Positions 48,142-61,793 of a stretch of DNA of 64,000 bases are shown here, in pieces. The position numbers and the translations under genes are program-made. Every line of letters starts with the position of its first letter. Within the stretch, counting starts at the first letter, position 1. Origin of the DNA: Lobosporangium transversale (lineage: Eukaryota); NCBI RefSeq assembly GCF_002105155.1, contig NW_019028980.1, positions 744,001-808,000 on the forward strand. The letters are read 5' to 3'. Below the pieces are notes generated by a model, which ran no database searches, was not told the origin of the DNA, and saw only the letters and a list, made by a program, of their open reading frames with translations.

Positions 48142-49108
48142 AAATTACCTCGCGTCCATCAAAAACACGCTTGGCAGCGAGTACAAAACCACTGGCTCCA
48201 CTTCCCAAATAACGGGTGACAATGTAGTCCTCTCGGAGGATTCTACTCGTCGCAAAGGCTCGTTCAAGTGTGGCCTTGTTGTGTGCCTCAAAGACGGGGA
48301 AGATAGAATCCACAACTCGTCGGAAAACAGGGTCAAGCTCATATTTATGATGGCTGTCTGTTGTTGGTGAAACAGCTGTTGGCACTCCCTGCTTGGGATG
48401 TTTATCTTTCTGGACTTGATCCATCTCTTCATCATCGTCGTCATCGGATGAAATGACAATGACTTCTCGCACAGGCACCTGCTTGGAGGATGATGAAGGG
48501 TGACCCTTGTTGTGTTGTTGATGACGATGACTGTTATTCTTGATATTCTTTGGATCGATTTTGAGCTTCTTATTAGTTGGTGGAAAAGATGTTTCATCCT
48601 CCCTGGATGTGTGAGAAGCAGGGGCAACAGAGAGTTTCCTCTTCTTGGGTGGAATCAAAGCGAGGTTTCGTAAATGGATGGTGGCAATGCTCCCACCAAT
48701 GGTAACAGCATTGTTTCCTTGATATCTGGATGATGAGCCACTCACTGAAGGTGCAGAGGAGGAAGTGTCGGAGGAGAGGGAGGAGGATGAAGAGGATGAA
48801 GAGGACGTTGAGGAGGAATAGGACGATAATGAGGAGGTGAGTGAAGGGGAAGAGGGGTAGGAGATGTGAGTGTGATTGGGGGATGTGGGCATGACATCTG
48901 TCGTGGATCCGTCGGAGGCTTCCCTCGAAGTCGTGGCGTAGTCCTCTGTTGGTGCACTATGGCCAGGATTGTTCAGGAGGCGGTTTCTTGTAACGTCGGT
49001 AACTCTTAGTGGCCTCGGTCGGGGAAGAGGTAGATCTTCCGTACATTTTTGATAAATGTCTCGTGGGATGACAATGATATTGCGGTGCTGTTGAATTCGG
49101 GCGGCCAT
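46960..49108 (-). CDS. Ser/Thr protein kinase (PASK/PIM-like catalytic loop) with Ser-rich N-terminus, three exons
   Basis: LGSGASGFV...|VAIKVI...HGDIKDENVLI...CDFGHS...GTTILAPPE...ADVWALG...|DLKDLVKNMLAVDPARRLTMAQVINHRW. TAG at 46962-46960. Confidence 0.9.
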
Positions 49109-49259
49109 TGCGGAAATATTCTGGAGAAGGATTAAGATCGAAGGACGGTTGGAGAAGGGAAAAAAAAAGAAAGGAGAATCGGTGATGATGAAGATAGTTA
49201 ATATGAAGATCCTTCCTTGACTGTTACTATTTCGTTGTTGTGACTGAAAGAAAAAAAGG

Positions 49260-49295
<36 letters not shown>

Positions 49296-49962
49296 AGAAC
49301 GTGAGTGAATGTGTGGTTGTGATGCAGGACCACGGTCAGGAGAAGAAAAAAGGTGATCGGCTCCGCGTAGGAGTAATGAGAGAAAGAGATACAAGGGTGG
49401 AATAAACCAGGCAGAAGAGCGAAAGGAAGGGGTGCAAAGGCTATTTAGGTGGGATTAGGAAAAGAAGAAACGATGAAGAGAGAAAGGGGAACGATGACAG
49501 TATTTATATATTCATGTGTAATAAAAATTATAATAATAATTTTAATAATTTTAATAATAATAATAATAAGAGAGAAGAGAGAAGAGAAAAAGAAGAGAGA
49601 GTGTGAGAGAGTGTGAGAGAGAGTGAGAGGAAAGGAGAAAGCAAAAAGCAAAAAGTAAAAAGCATAAAGCGGCGTTGGAGAAGTAAAGGACGAGTACACA
49701 CACACAGCTCGCACTGACTGGCACGTAGAAAGAACTGTATGAGAGCAGATACCGCAGTTCATGTAAGTGTGTCTGCGGTTCAAGGCAAAGAAGCTTCAGC
49801 ATAATTTAAAATTTAAAATATTTAAATATATAAATATATGAAAAAAGGATGTAAATGAGATGGGTATTCAATACAAGCTGTATGATCATGACAATGATCA
49901 ATGATGATGAACAACACAACTCAAAATGACTTCTTGACAAAGCAATACAAAATAATAATAAC

Positions 49963-50005
<43 letters not shown>

Positions 50006-50745
50006 GAATATAAATGTATATAAAATACAAAATAAAAAATAAAAAAAACGTCCAAACAGTTCAAAACAATCAAACCAAGCCTGAAGCATAAAGTAAAAGA
50101 AAAAGCAAAGCATGAAGCGCAAATGAACAGCATAAGAAAAGAAAAAAAAAGCCGTGCGATTGCTTGCTTGGACAGTATGTATTACATGCTTTGTATAAAA
50201 TGTGTACTTCAAGAAAATAGAAATTATGTATAAAAGAAATAATAAATAAATAAAAAGAGGCACAGGTGATGCCCAACCAAATGCATGGTACGGTCAACAA
50301 AAGTCTTGTGTTGCTCATTTCATTTTTTAGGACAAGCTGGGACACAGGAAGCAAATCAACAAAACCACACACAAACAAGACAAGACGAGACGAGACGACA
50401 ATGAATGATTACGACAAAAAAGAAAGCCAGATTGCAATAACATAAAGTACATGTATATCTTACAACGTCAAATAACAATACAACAAATAAAAAATAAAAA
50501 ATAAAAAAGATTTAAAAGGTTGATTTACAATGGATGGGCTGGGTCAAAACCAAGGAATAGCAAATGATACTCTTGTAAAAGACACCAGTGAGTTTGGACA
50601 GGGGAAGGAGTTGAAGGAGTAAAGAGAGACAAAGAAAGAGAGAAGCGGCAAGATCAATTTGCTCCACTTGTTCATTATTGCTGTCAATCCAAAGAATCGA
50701 AGGCGTAGCAAAATGTCAAGACATATAACGAGTTTATAATTGAAC

Positions 50746-50776
<31 letters not shown>

Positions 50777-51287
50777 CATGACTATGGTGTAGATAACACA
50801 GGTTGCCAAGGAAAGGAGAAGATGCTTCAGAGCAACAAGACATTAGCTTGTATGTGTAGTGAAATGCATCCAGGAGTGTTCCTTCTCTAATAAGCTCTTT
50901 TTTCTCTTACTCTTACTCTTACTCTCTCCACATTCTCTCTCTTCACTCTAGTCGTTAGCTCGATCTTAAAACAGGTCCACAGGACGTGGATATGATCCCT
51001 TTAAGGATTTGCCTGTAAAATGTATAATTGATAGATTGGTACACAACATTTCACTTGAGAATCGATGACAGAGACAAGGACATACACATGCACATGCACA
51101 TTGATATTAACCCTTCAGGATTCTTTTTTTTTTTTTTTTTCCTTACTACAAATAGTTCATGTCTTTAAAGAAGGGGGATCAAAAAATAAAATAAATTGAA
51201 AAACATAGGCTCAACAGGGTTGGACCAGGACATACATGCATCCTCGTACTCACACCACACATGGCCTTGGACAAATTGTTCAAAAGC

Positions 51288-51322
<35 letters not shown>

Positions 51323-51689
51323 CCATATCATATTTGAGAGAAAGAAAGAGGTTGGAGATAAGAAAAAAAAAAAAGGAGAAAGAAACCTGCATCTCCACCT
51401 ATGCCCAGTCGCTCATTACCTGACCGATAAACCGGCTGGTTGTGACCATAATAAAATGTATGCATGTGTGTACCAGGGTAAAATGGTGATCCACCAGAAT
51501 AAGAATAGATAATGAAAGGGGGGACATGTAAAAAAAAAAGCGTTTTTTTTTTTTTTTTTTTTCCTTTGTTACCTTTTCGTTTTCGTTTCTCGTAAGGTTG
51601 GATTGATTAATTCGATTCGATTCAATTGGACGTTGCGGGCTAATGGTATTCGTCAAATGCTAAAGGTCGTGCTTTTTAGATTGTTGTTG

Positions 51690-51721
<32 letters not shown>

Positions 51722-51795
51722 TTGTTTTCGTATTTTTTCCTTGAGAAAAAAGAATAAAGAAGAAAGAAGAAAGAAGAAAGAAAAAAGAAAAAAGG

Positions 51796-51827
<32 letters not shown>

Positions 51828-52460
51828 CTTGTAGAAAGGTAAAGAGTAACAGATGAATGTATTATGCGGTAACTCGAAATCAAAAGGGAATAAAAGGGAA
51901 ATGCTCGGATAATTGGTCAGTATGGGGATCGAAGAGTGTTGAGAGAAAAAGAAGAAAAAAAAAGTTATTGAGCGTGTCTGCGTTGTTCCTTAATAGTAAA
52001 CGGATGGTATTTTAGTTGGTGGTATAAGAACTAGTGAAATTGATTGCTACAATAAAGAAAAAGAAAAAGAAAAGAAGATAAAAAGGGCCTTGTTCTTGTT
52101 GTTGCGATAGTGTCGTTGTGGTTACTGCAATTCGTTGTTGGTGTAGAAAAGGTAAGAGTAGTAACTGTAGTTAAAAAAAAAAAAAAAAAAAAAAGCTTGA
52201 GAGTTATGCGAGGGATGCGAGGAAGGTGAGTGGTGGTATCGTTGCAGACGATTGAAAGAAGGTGAATGTAAAGTCCATTGGAGGTTGGAAGAAGGGTCGA
52301 ACGTGGATTTGGACAGAAAAAGAAATAGAAAGGAAAGAAAGGTGTTGTGGAGGAACCACGTTGGGTAGAGATGAGCAAGAAGCAAGAAAAAGAGAAAAGG
52401 GCTCAATTGGGAGGAATGGAGGTGATCACTGTTGGGTCAATGGTCTGAATGAGTGAAAAA

Positions 52461-52494
<34 letters not shown>

Positions 52495-53526
52495 GAATGA
52501 GAGAAATGAGGGGGGAAAAAAAAGTGTGAGTGTCAGTGTGAGTATGAGTGTGAGTGTGAGTGTGAGTGTGAGTGTGAGTGTGAGTGTGAAGCAAGAAAAA
52601 GAAACAGAAAGTATATTTGAGGTTAAATGTATACTATACTATACTTTAATTCAATTCAATCTAATTTAATTCAGTCAATTATTCTTTTTAATTTTATTTC
52701 TATTTTAGAATATCTCATTAAATCGATTGCTTTGCCTTGCTTTTCATGCTTAGAAACACTGTCGACTTCACTTCAATATCGGTGGGCAAATAAATAAAGA
52801 AAAAGGTGGCGATGGAGAACAAAAAGCTTGGCTTGACTACAGTAGAATATATATATATATATTGATGTCTATAACATAATAGAATGAAATAAAATAGAAA
52901 TATAATAAAGGGGAAAATGATTCATTCATCCATCCATATTCAAGCAAGTTATATACTTTTGCTTACATTGTCAGGGCACTTGACCTCCTTGTACATCAAC
53001 ATTGACATCAATGCTGGCCTATGCCATCTCTATCGCTCCTACATGTCCTCTACAGCGATGCCTCACTCTGTCCTTTTCAAAAAAAAAAAAAAAAAATGAA
53101 GCGGTAAAGATTGGGAGGAAGATGTGCGGACGATTTTATTTCCTCCCGATTATTCTTGGTTCAATCGGATTAGTCAACCCTTGGCTCATCCCCTCTGAGC
53201 TTCGCTTTTCAACCCACATGGTAAATGGTCAGAGTGTACTGTGCAACCGCGCATCTTTTTTTTTTTTTTTTTATTTTTTATTTTTTATTTTTGATACTCG
53301 TCATAAAAAAAATCCGATTTTACCCTGAATGGAGCACGTCTTTACAGTCAGGATGCACAGCTTGGTGCGGCGCGCATCATTCATGTTTTTATATAAATAT
53401 TATATAAATATATATATATTTATATGAATTTTCCTTTTGTTCCTTTTCATGCTGTTCACCATTCATATGCACCACAGCCCTTGGTCAATGATAAAAACAG
53501 GATTGCAATGATTAAACGGAAATCGG

Positions 53527-53560
<34 letters not shown>

Positions 53561-53969
53561 CTTCTTTTTTGTGCCATGCCTTTGAGTTTAATAATCAATC
53601 TTGGCAAAAGAAAAAAGAAAAGAGAGAGTCACCTCCGCACATCTCCATTGAAGAGGCAACTTGAAGTTGAATGGAAAAACAACGGTATTCCCCTCGTCCT
53701 TCGCTTTAAAGAGTAAGGGATGTGTGACAAAGGGTTGGTTGCTTTATTATTAATAAGATTCTATTCAATTATACAAATATATCAATCAATCTATCCCTGA
53801 TCTCCGGTGGATCTGTTCAAAGACGCATTTTCTCCTTTTTTTTTTTTTTTTTTTTTTTTTTTTCGTACTTCATTATGCGTCTTTTCTAAGGGAGGTGGTT
53901 CCCTCTGTCGCCCTTATTAATAATGTCCTAGTTGCAATACAAAAGCCTTTTCTATTGTTTTCTTATGGT

Positions 53970-54006
<37 letters not shown>

Positions 54007-55046
54007 TTACTTTTTTACATTTTACGCAGGTTCGCAGGCACACTTTTTTCTTAGGCTCTTTTCTATTGGCCATGTCTTTAAAAAGGTCAACCACATCGAT
54101 CGGTATGAAGAAAATCACACACCAATACCCTCAACTAAATCTACATTCTTCAGTAAAAAAATAAAAAAAATAATAATAAAAAAAAATAAAAATAAAATAA
54201 AATAAAAAGAAATAAAAGAAATAAAAGAAGAGATAGGGGGAGAAGGGGAAAAGGCAAAAAAGAGGATCAGAAAAGATGTCCTGCAGGGCAGGGAATTATT
54301 TGAATTGCTGACATGAGCAAAGGGAAAAGAGAAAAAGGGGGAAGAGGAACTATTTCAAATAGATTGGATTGCGGCGCAATCTCTATGCTGTGTCCGTAAC
54401 AGATGATGAACAAGTTTAGACATTCTCATCAAAAGAGATAAAGAGAATGTCTCCTTTGGATCTCGTCATGATCATCTGTATTGCCTGCATGCGCATGTAA
54501 CCACCTCTTTCCGTCTAATCTTTTTTTTTTTTTTTTTTTTTTATGAATTCTCCGTTATTCATGATTGTTCCTGAAAAAAAAAAAAAAAAAAAAAAAAAAA
54601 AGACTATTTAGGTTTATGATGTCCCTAAAAAAAAAAATAAAAAAAAAAAGCTCCAGTCTTTCTACCCTATCACAGAATATAAATGTACATGTTTATGTTT
54701 GTTTATTATATAGATGTATGCCATTAACGGCTATGAGCCCGAAAGTTTCTTTAACACAACAGTTGGCATTAAAACCATGAAAATCATGAAATCATGAAAG
54801 TCTTTAATACATTAGAAAACAAAAAAAATAAAAAAAAATAAAAAAGAGGCTCGAGAAAATTCTTCTTTCTTCCAAAGAGTAGAATGCATTCAATCTACAC
54901 AGATACATGTATAAAGCATGTATATAGTAGATGATGGATCAAGTTGAACAAAAAGGGCTCTAATTAACAATCTAAAAAAAGGGAAGTTTTGTTCGCCCTT
55001 TGCTCGGGGTCTGCAGGTCATTCCTCAGACATTCAGGGACTAACTT

Positions 55047-55084
<38 letters not shown>

Positions 55085-56499
55085 AAAATGACAAGGAGGA
55101 AAAGGCAGGGAGAGGGGGAAATGATCAACTCTCTTCTGAAATAAAGCGTAACAAAAAGAAAAGAAGAAAAATATTCATATACTGGGCTTGGATGGATTGA
55201 ATGGCTAGTGTCCACAACAAAAGCCTATTGTAGACGATCATAATCATTATCATAATCATGATCAATACATAAATATATTATCATTATTATTATACACAAT
55301 TGCACTGGACCTCTGTCCTTTTTATGTCCGGAAAGGTACATTTTTCGTGAATGTACACCTCATGAGGCATGCATTTAAACAAGGTAAATGGAGGCTCTCT
55401 TGGATGAAACGAAAAAGGGACAACACCCTCTCTGGGACAAACAGGAGAGGAAACAAATGCCTTCAGAAAAAAAAAAAACAAAAAAAAATAAAAGAGAGAA
55501 AAGCATATCTGCAACGTGATACGGTATATACGATATAGTTAATGATGGATGTTTGGATGCAAGCTCTTTTTTTTAATTTGCTTTCCTGTGTGTGTAACTA
55601 TATGGACCAAGAGACCAAGTTGTTCAAGCTTACAATCAACAACACCCAATCCATTTTGTGAATGGCCCCATGGCGTCGAGTAGTATACTATATGCATGCA
55701 AAGAGAAAGTATCGATTGAAAACAAAAAAAAAGAAAACATCCTCTTGATCTTGATGATCCTGATTTGCTCAAATGCTTCCCTTCATCATGAAGTATACGA
55801 CGATATTCGCTGACATTATCTACATATAACACATGTATCTACAGTATTATACATGTACACTTTATTTTTTTTTTTTTTTTTTAACCCTTTTGCTCTGTGT
55901 ATCCTGTTTGCAATTTTTTTTTTTTTTTTTTTTTTTTTTTGGTTGGCTGTTTATAGAATTCATAAAGCTAATTCATCCAAGGCACGGACAGCCACCCAAA
56001 ATCTTAATTTTAAAAAATCAAAAAGGACTGCGCCCTTACCTGATTCGTGGCTATTGGTTATTGAGAGGTTATTGAGCTAAAATGGTGAAACAGGAATTTT
56101 ATTCGATCGCTCATTTTGGTCCACTTGATCACGCCACTAAAAATGGCCATAACACGTTGGCTTTAAATCAAGGTTTATTGAAATATTTATACACCAATTA
56201 ATATTTAAAACAAAATATTATATAATATATAATAAAACACATGCATGTACTTCGAATCGGGACAAAAATGAGAGTTCTCACCTCAGGGCCATATTTATTT
56301 GCGCTATTCCACATAGCACTTCTCGCGCTTCGCAAGCTCCCGGTCCAGCGCGATCGGCCACAGAAATCCTTTTACCCAATGAAGGGCTGCATTGGCCATG
56401 TTCTGGCCAGCATTATGGTCACGATCGCGCTGAAAGCCCTCCTTGCCATGTCATGGACTTGTGCAGCTCAGGCAAATAAAGGATCAGCCTTTTACCTTC

Positions 56500-58160
56500 G
56501 CTCTTTTATGATAAATACAGCAAGAGATTGATGCCGAAGCGCGACTTTAATCCCCACAAAGACATTTTACGTCCCTCCTTAAGATTATCTTCAGGAAGTA
56601 GTCTCCACTGACCGTGCAGAAACTGTCTTTATACAATAGCATTGGAAGGTAGATGAGGCGCTTTGATGGAGATAACTTTGTATTAGGGATCCAAAATACC
56701 GATACTGCATCATGGGTTGATGATGTGCCACTTTCATCAATTGTATTTATGAGATATAACCCACCTTTACTCACAGCTCATTCTGAGCTCCATATTGAAA
56801 CCTAAGAGATTTGTATAATAGTATGATAATAGTTTTTGCAAGGAAAATAATAAGCTATGCAATGACTTCACTTAGAACATAAACCCTTATCTTCAGTTCG
56901 AAAACAAATGCCCGCATATGACATCTGACCATATCTGCAAAGGTCTAAGCAGTCTGTCCAAGGAAACGGGCTGGGACCGCCTTGCACATAGTCTTTAATC
57001 CGTTCTCGCAATTTCTCCCATTTTTTTACCCATAGCATGTTTGAACGATGCTACGCTTGAGTCCCGGGCATCGCTTGTTTTGCTTTCAGCTCCAGTGTAG
57101 AGCCTTTTCACAAGAACCAGGGAATACGAGTCCATGTCCGCTGCAATATATTTAAACTTTTTGTGCCGCGAACTGATATTCAATTCAAGCATTAAAGATG
57201 GATGTCCGAACATGACAGTGTTCATGTGTCTGAACGCCGCCATGGACTCCGCGCCTTATCATTTCCGTACTGAATTTCGTCATTCCATGGATTGCTGATC
57301 TGATAAGGTTCTCGACACTGACCCCATTGGTATAGTTGTTATTTAGGCCGCGCTAGAGACATAGAATAAGTATACCGCAGTTGCGGATGCCTTGAACTGA
57401 TGTTGGTAAATTGTTTGTGGCTCTATCGACGTGAATCAGACATGTTTTGGACTTGACATGCTTGGCACACCGCATCATCTGTCTACATGTCTCCACATTG
57501 ACCTCACTACGAGTGTTGAAGAATCCTACGACACAGTCTAGACTTTGATAACATTGTTATCGATACCCATCGAGATAGTGGGAGTATGGATAGAATAATT
57601 GAAGTTAGCTATGTGAGGGCTGATATTCTTGACTATGTCGCGCTTGCTAGCCTCCGACGTATTCTTGGTCATACACATTCCATGGAAACCTTTTTCCTGG
57701 AGTATTTGATGTATGCCTCAGTATCTTCAGCGCTATGAATGCTCGATATCCAGATACGCCTGGCATCCCACAACAAGTCTAACACTTTAAGCTTTAACAA
57801 TTCTTCTGTCTCGTACATCATTACCTGATCACCATTCTGTACCTTGAATGTGTTGTGAACAACGTATACGTCATCGCACAGGCTTTCCACAACCTGCACA
57901 TATCACTGGTGAGGTTGGCATCAAGGCAAACTACCCTGGATGCACTCTTGATGAGCTCACGTAGGATTTGGTTGCCTACACCGTACATGTCGTCCATGGT
58001 CATTGTGCTGGTCATTTGTTCGCAAAGTGAGCTGAACTCATCAAGAATCAAGTCGACGTTCTCTCCATAGAACTTCATGTCAAGCCTTTGCAATGACTCA
58101 GCTTGGACCACAACTTTGTCGCAGGCAATCTTGTCCTTGCTGTCCTAGTACATGTAGTCC
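56500..58160 (-). pseudogene. Decayed origin-binding-protein-like (UL9/Herpes_ori_bp-type) SF2 helicase
   Basis: Frameshifted pieces: VVQAESLQRL...LILDEFSSLCEQM...SASRVVCLDANL, VYVVHNTF, TPTISMGIDN...VVGFFNTRSEVNVETCRQMMR. Several stops and frame changes. Confidence 0.6.
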
Positions 58161-58862
58161 ACTTAACTTTCAGTGGACATTCTAACAACAGTCCTGCACC
58201 GTTCTCCGGGGCTCAATTACAATAGAAGCTTTTAAGGCTATCATAAACTGTAATCAAAGTTGTATTAAAGTAAAAGCGGAAAAAGTGATCAGTTGACATC
58301 TGGCAAATTCAAATTTATAATCCTTTCCAAATGTCCCCTTCAATGATCATTTCAGTCCTCCTGGGGAGCAGTTGTAAGCAGAGGAATGAGCAAGTAGAGT
58401 GTGAACAAACGTTTAGTCTATCTGAGCACTAAGAATTGTCACGCCACAATGACCAAGAAAATGGCACGTGGCTGATTTGAAAAAAATATTCTCTCACACA
58501 TCGCCTAACCTTAAAATAAAGGCAATTGTCGCTCCTTTCCTTTGCTTCACTTCATTTTTGCACTCTCTCCCTCTTCCTTTACTCTTTTTTTTCACTTTTT
58601 TCATATTTCACCCCAGTTTTGCTCCCATCAATTTTGCTCTTTTATTTATTCCAAGCCTTCATCTATTGCCTTCCCTTTCCTTTCCTTTCCTTTCCTTTCC
58701 TTTCCTTTCCTTTCCTTTTTTTTTTTTTTTGCCTTACACATTTTTCATTTTTGTTTTCATACAGCGACCACGGGTGAAAGAGTATAGAATATACCTTTGG
58801 CTATTTAACCATCATTCTCCCTGCATTTCAACCACACTCAGTCCCACTCATCTTAATTTTCA

Positions 58863-59290
58863 ATGGCCACCACAAGGAGCTCAACACAAAAAAACATGGC
58901 TGCAAATGATTCCACAAGGAGCCAAGCACAAAGAACAATGACTGCAAATAAGCCTGAGGATGCCTCCACACTCAATGAACCACTGCTGCTGGAGCTGAAC
59001 TGCGTTGTTGAGGGAGAAGCAACGTCGTTCCCAGTAGGGATTTCCTCCGATAAATCGGTCGGAATACTCAAGGAGGTCATCAAAGCAAAGAATGCCAATG
59101 CATTTAAGGATATTGACGCTTACCGGCTCACCCTCTACAAGGTCTCCATCCCTGACGAAGACAAGACCGTCGTCGAGCCAGAAATCGAGTCAAAAGAGGC
59201 TCTCGCACCCGCGTCAATAGCTTTGGGAGATATTTAATTCTGAACTTCCAAGGAAAACGATCCATGTTTTTGTCAAGCCACCGCAGCGAG
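58863..59290 (+). CDS. Crinkler (CRN) ubiquitin-like header exon with an apparent +1 frameshift near 59220
   Basis: LELNCVVEGEATSFPVGISSDKSVGILKEVIKAK...AFKDIDAYRLTLYKVSIP, then in the +1 frame LWEIFNSELPRKTIHVFVKPPQR (HVLVxxP-type end). Phase-1 donor G|GTATGT at 59290/59291. Confidence 0.85.
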
Positions 59291-59394
59291 GTATGTATTA
59301 GCTCTTGATGGACTGATGATATTTCGATTGTTCAATTGATGAAGCTATCTCATCACGGTCACGTGTATCTATCCCTTTTTTATGTTGTTGAGAT

Positions 59395-59502
59395 GAATCT
59401 CGGCAACACTATTTAACCGGGGGCGACTTTGGATTTCATCTCTATAAAAAAAATTGAAAAGTCGCCCCCATGGTCCATGCGCATGCTCTGACTCTCACTG
59501 TT
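59395..59502. repeat. Conserved non-coding hairpin repeat, copy 1 (in the intron after the CRN header)
   Basis: GAATCTCGGCAACACTATTTAAC...; 12-bp stem GGGGGCGACTTT (59419-59430) / AAAGTCGCCCCC (59458-59469). Confidence 0.95.
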
Positions 59503-59718
59503 GTCTGAGAACACAGTTTTCATTTTTATTTTTATTTTTATTTGACCTGTTTACATTGATGCATTTGTTAGTTTTTCTGATTGAATCTGTTTCGCGTTTC
59601 GCACACATGCTCTGACTCTCCATTAGCTGGCGTTCATATCTCATTGACAGCAATATATTCTTTGATCTGATCAAAATGCTAACATTTCTGCCATTGCCGC
59701 GCTCTCTTATCTTTCTAG

Positions 59719-61719
59719 AGTCATCGGAACAGATTCTCAAGAGAAAAATGGATGAAGGTAATAATTTGTTTTTTGCTGTTTAGATAGATCGACTTGGTGA
59801 CTGACTATGTTATGGTACTAACCAACTGTGTATGTGTATGATGATCATAATTAGATCCACGGTATATTTCACCTTCAAAGAAGATGCGCATTGAGGAAGG
59901 GTGGAGAGAATACAGGGCTTCTGATGGTAAAATGGTCACGTTACCACCCTCTTGGATCGCAATGCTGGAGAATCCTGAAGACCCGCCCGATGCACGTAAT
60001 AAGTTTAATCATCTGAAAAGCGATAATCAGCTTGGTGATCAAGTTCACATTCCATCCTTGGGCCTCACACCGAAAGAATTTGAGGAATATAATTCGGGAT
60101 TTATAATTACGGATCAGATGCTAGAATTGTGGAAGGAGATTAGTGCTGAACAAAGGTTTTCATTTCGGCGAGTCCTTTCTGGTCCTATGGGGGTTGGCAA
60201 GTCATATCTATCCTATTTCCTTGCTGCAAAAGGATATGCGGAAGGGTGGCTTACCCTTTATATACCAGATGCCGCGATATTAAATGAAAGTTCGGATACA
60301 AAATCGGCAAAGGCACTGTTAAGGCGCTTCTTCGCTTTCAACAGGGATATCTTGACGGCATCTGATCTGGAAAGTCTCCTCGACTTTTCTGAAGTTATAG
60401 ATTGCTCAATTGTGGCTGCTCGCGCAGTATTCGACCTATTCAAACAGAAGGAGCGCAAAACACTGTTCATTATCGACGAACATGGAGAGTTATTCCGAAA
60501 AGAGCCGTATGTGCCGGATAAATACCCGTTCCTGAAGCATCTAATGAACCTTAATCTATGGCAGTCTCATTACAAAGGATCTAGAGTGATATTTACAGGA
60601 ACAGCCCATGCCAAATATGAATTGCAGATTATGGAAGACAGTGCTCGAGCTATCTTATTGTACTTTGTTGGCCCACTATCCGAGACAGTGTTTTCAAAAT
60701 GGTTGGAGGTCCACCTGAACCAACCCGATATTGTCCAGGATGTAATGAGGATTACAAACCGTGTGCCGCGAGAGTTTATGCGCCTCATTCGATCAATTAA
60801 GGAAAGACCACTCACAAGAGATAGCATTGATGGGTATGTAGCTCAGAGAACAAGCGAGCTTCGCCCTGTAGTTCAGAATTACTACAAAGCTCTCAGCGAG
60901 ATATCGAAGGAGGAGTTCGCTAAAAGCCTTGCAACAGTCTTCCTTGGCAACAACTCGGAGAGTGGTGATTTTGAATGGGATTTCCGTGACCTAGGGCTTA
61001 TCTATCGTCTCAACAAGAACCGCGGAGCCATAAACTATGTCTTGTGCCCCCCAGTGCAGAAAGCACTCTTTAAGGCGTTTACAAGTATGCCTCATCATGA
61101 GCATATCCTGAGGGGAGTTGTTCTTGGAGAGATGAGTGGAGATGATTTCGAGTTGGCACTGCTGGTCCGGTTTTTGACTTTAACCAAGCCAATCGTTCTC
61201 GAAGCAACAAACCTTGTCGGCGAGGATCCAACGCAGATTATAATGGACTTTAAGGATCATGGGACAATCCATCAAAACATGACTTCTCTTGGACGTGGCT
61301 ATGGACATGTACTGAGCCATTGTCATTCGAGTTATCCTCGCTTTGATTTCATACTCGACACAATGTTTATCCAGGTGTCCATAAGTGATTTCTGCGACCA
61401 CGAGCAGAAACAAACTAAGCAGATCCAGAACGCTTTTGATAAGAGAGATTCCAACGGCAAAAATCAGATTGAAGGATATTTGGACGAAGTATTTGGAGGT
61501 AATCATTCCGCCATAATTGACGATGGGCATTTTGTTGTCAAAAAGGATGGAGAGCCAGTAACTGGATTTAAAATAGTTTACATGCGTGGTTCCCCTGGTA
61601 CACCAAACCACACTGGATTAATCAGAAAGTACAAAGATCTTCTTCATGTCAGCTTCGACGAGCTCAAAGAGAAACTTTTTAGAAATATCCATCTCAAAAA
61701 TAAAGAACCGTGTTATTAA
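59719..61719 (+). CDS. CRN C-terminal cassette 1: 39-nt mini-exon plus P-loop NTPase and REase-like nuclease exon
   Basis: Mini-exon 59719-59757 (ESSEQILKRKMDE). Main exon from 59855 is in frame with ORF 59884-61719. Walker A LSGPMGVGKS, Walker B LFIIDEH, nuclease-like YPRFDFILDTMFIQVS. Confidence 0.85.
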
Positions 61720-61793
61720 ATTTCTATGACAAGCCTTTTTATAGGATTAAGAACTATATTATTACTGTATACTGTGACGAAAATTCTAAGTTG

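Noticed and set aside
49400..56100. Many 60-120-aa ORFs rich in F, K, I, Y or H
   Set aside because: Translations of homopolymers and microsatellites.
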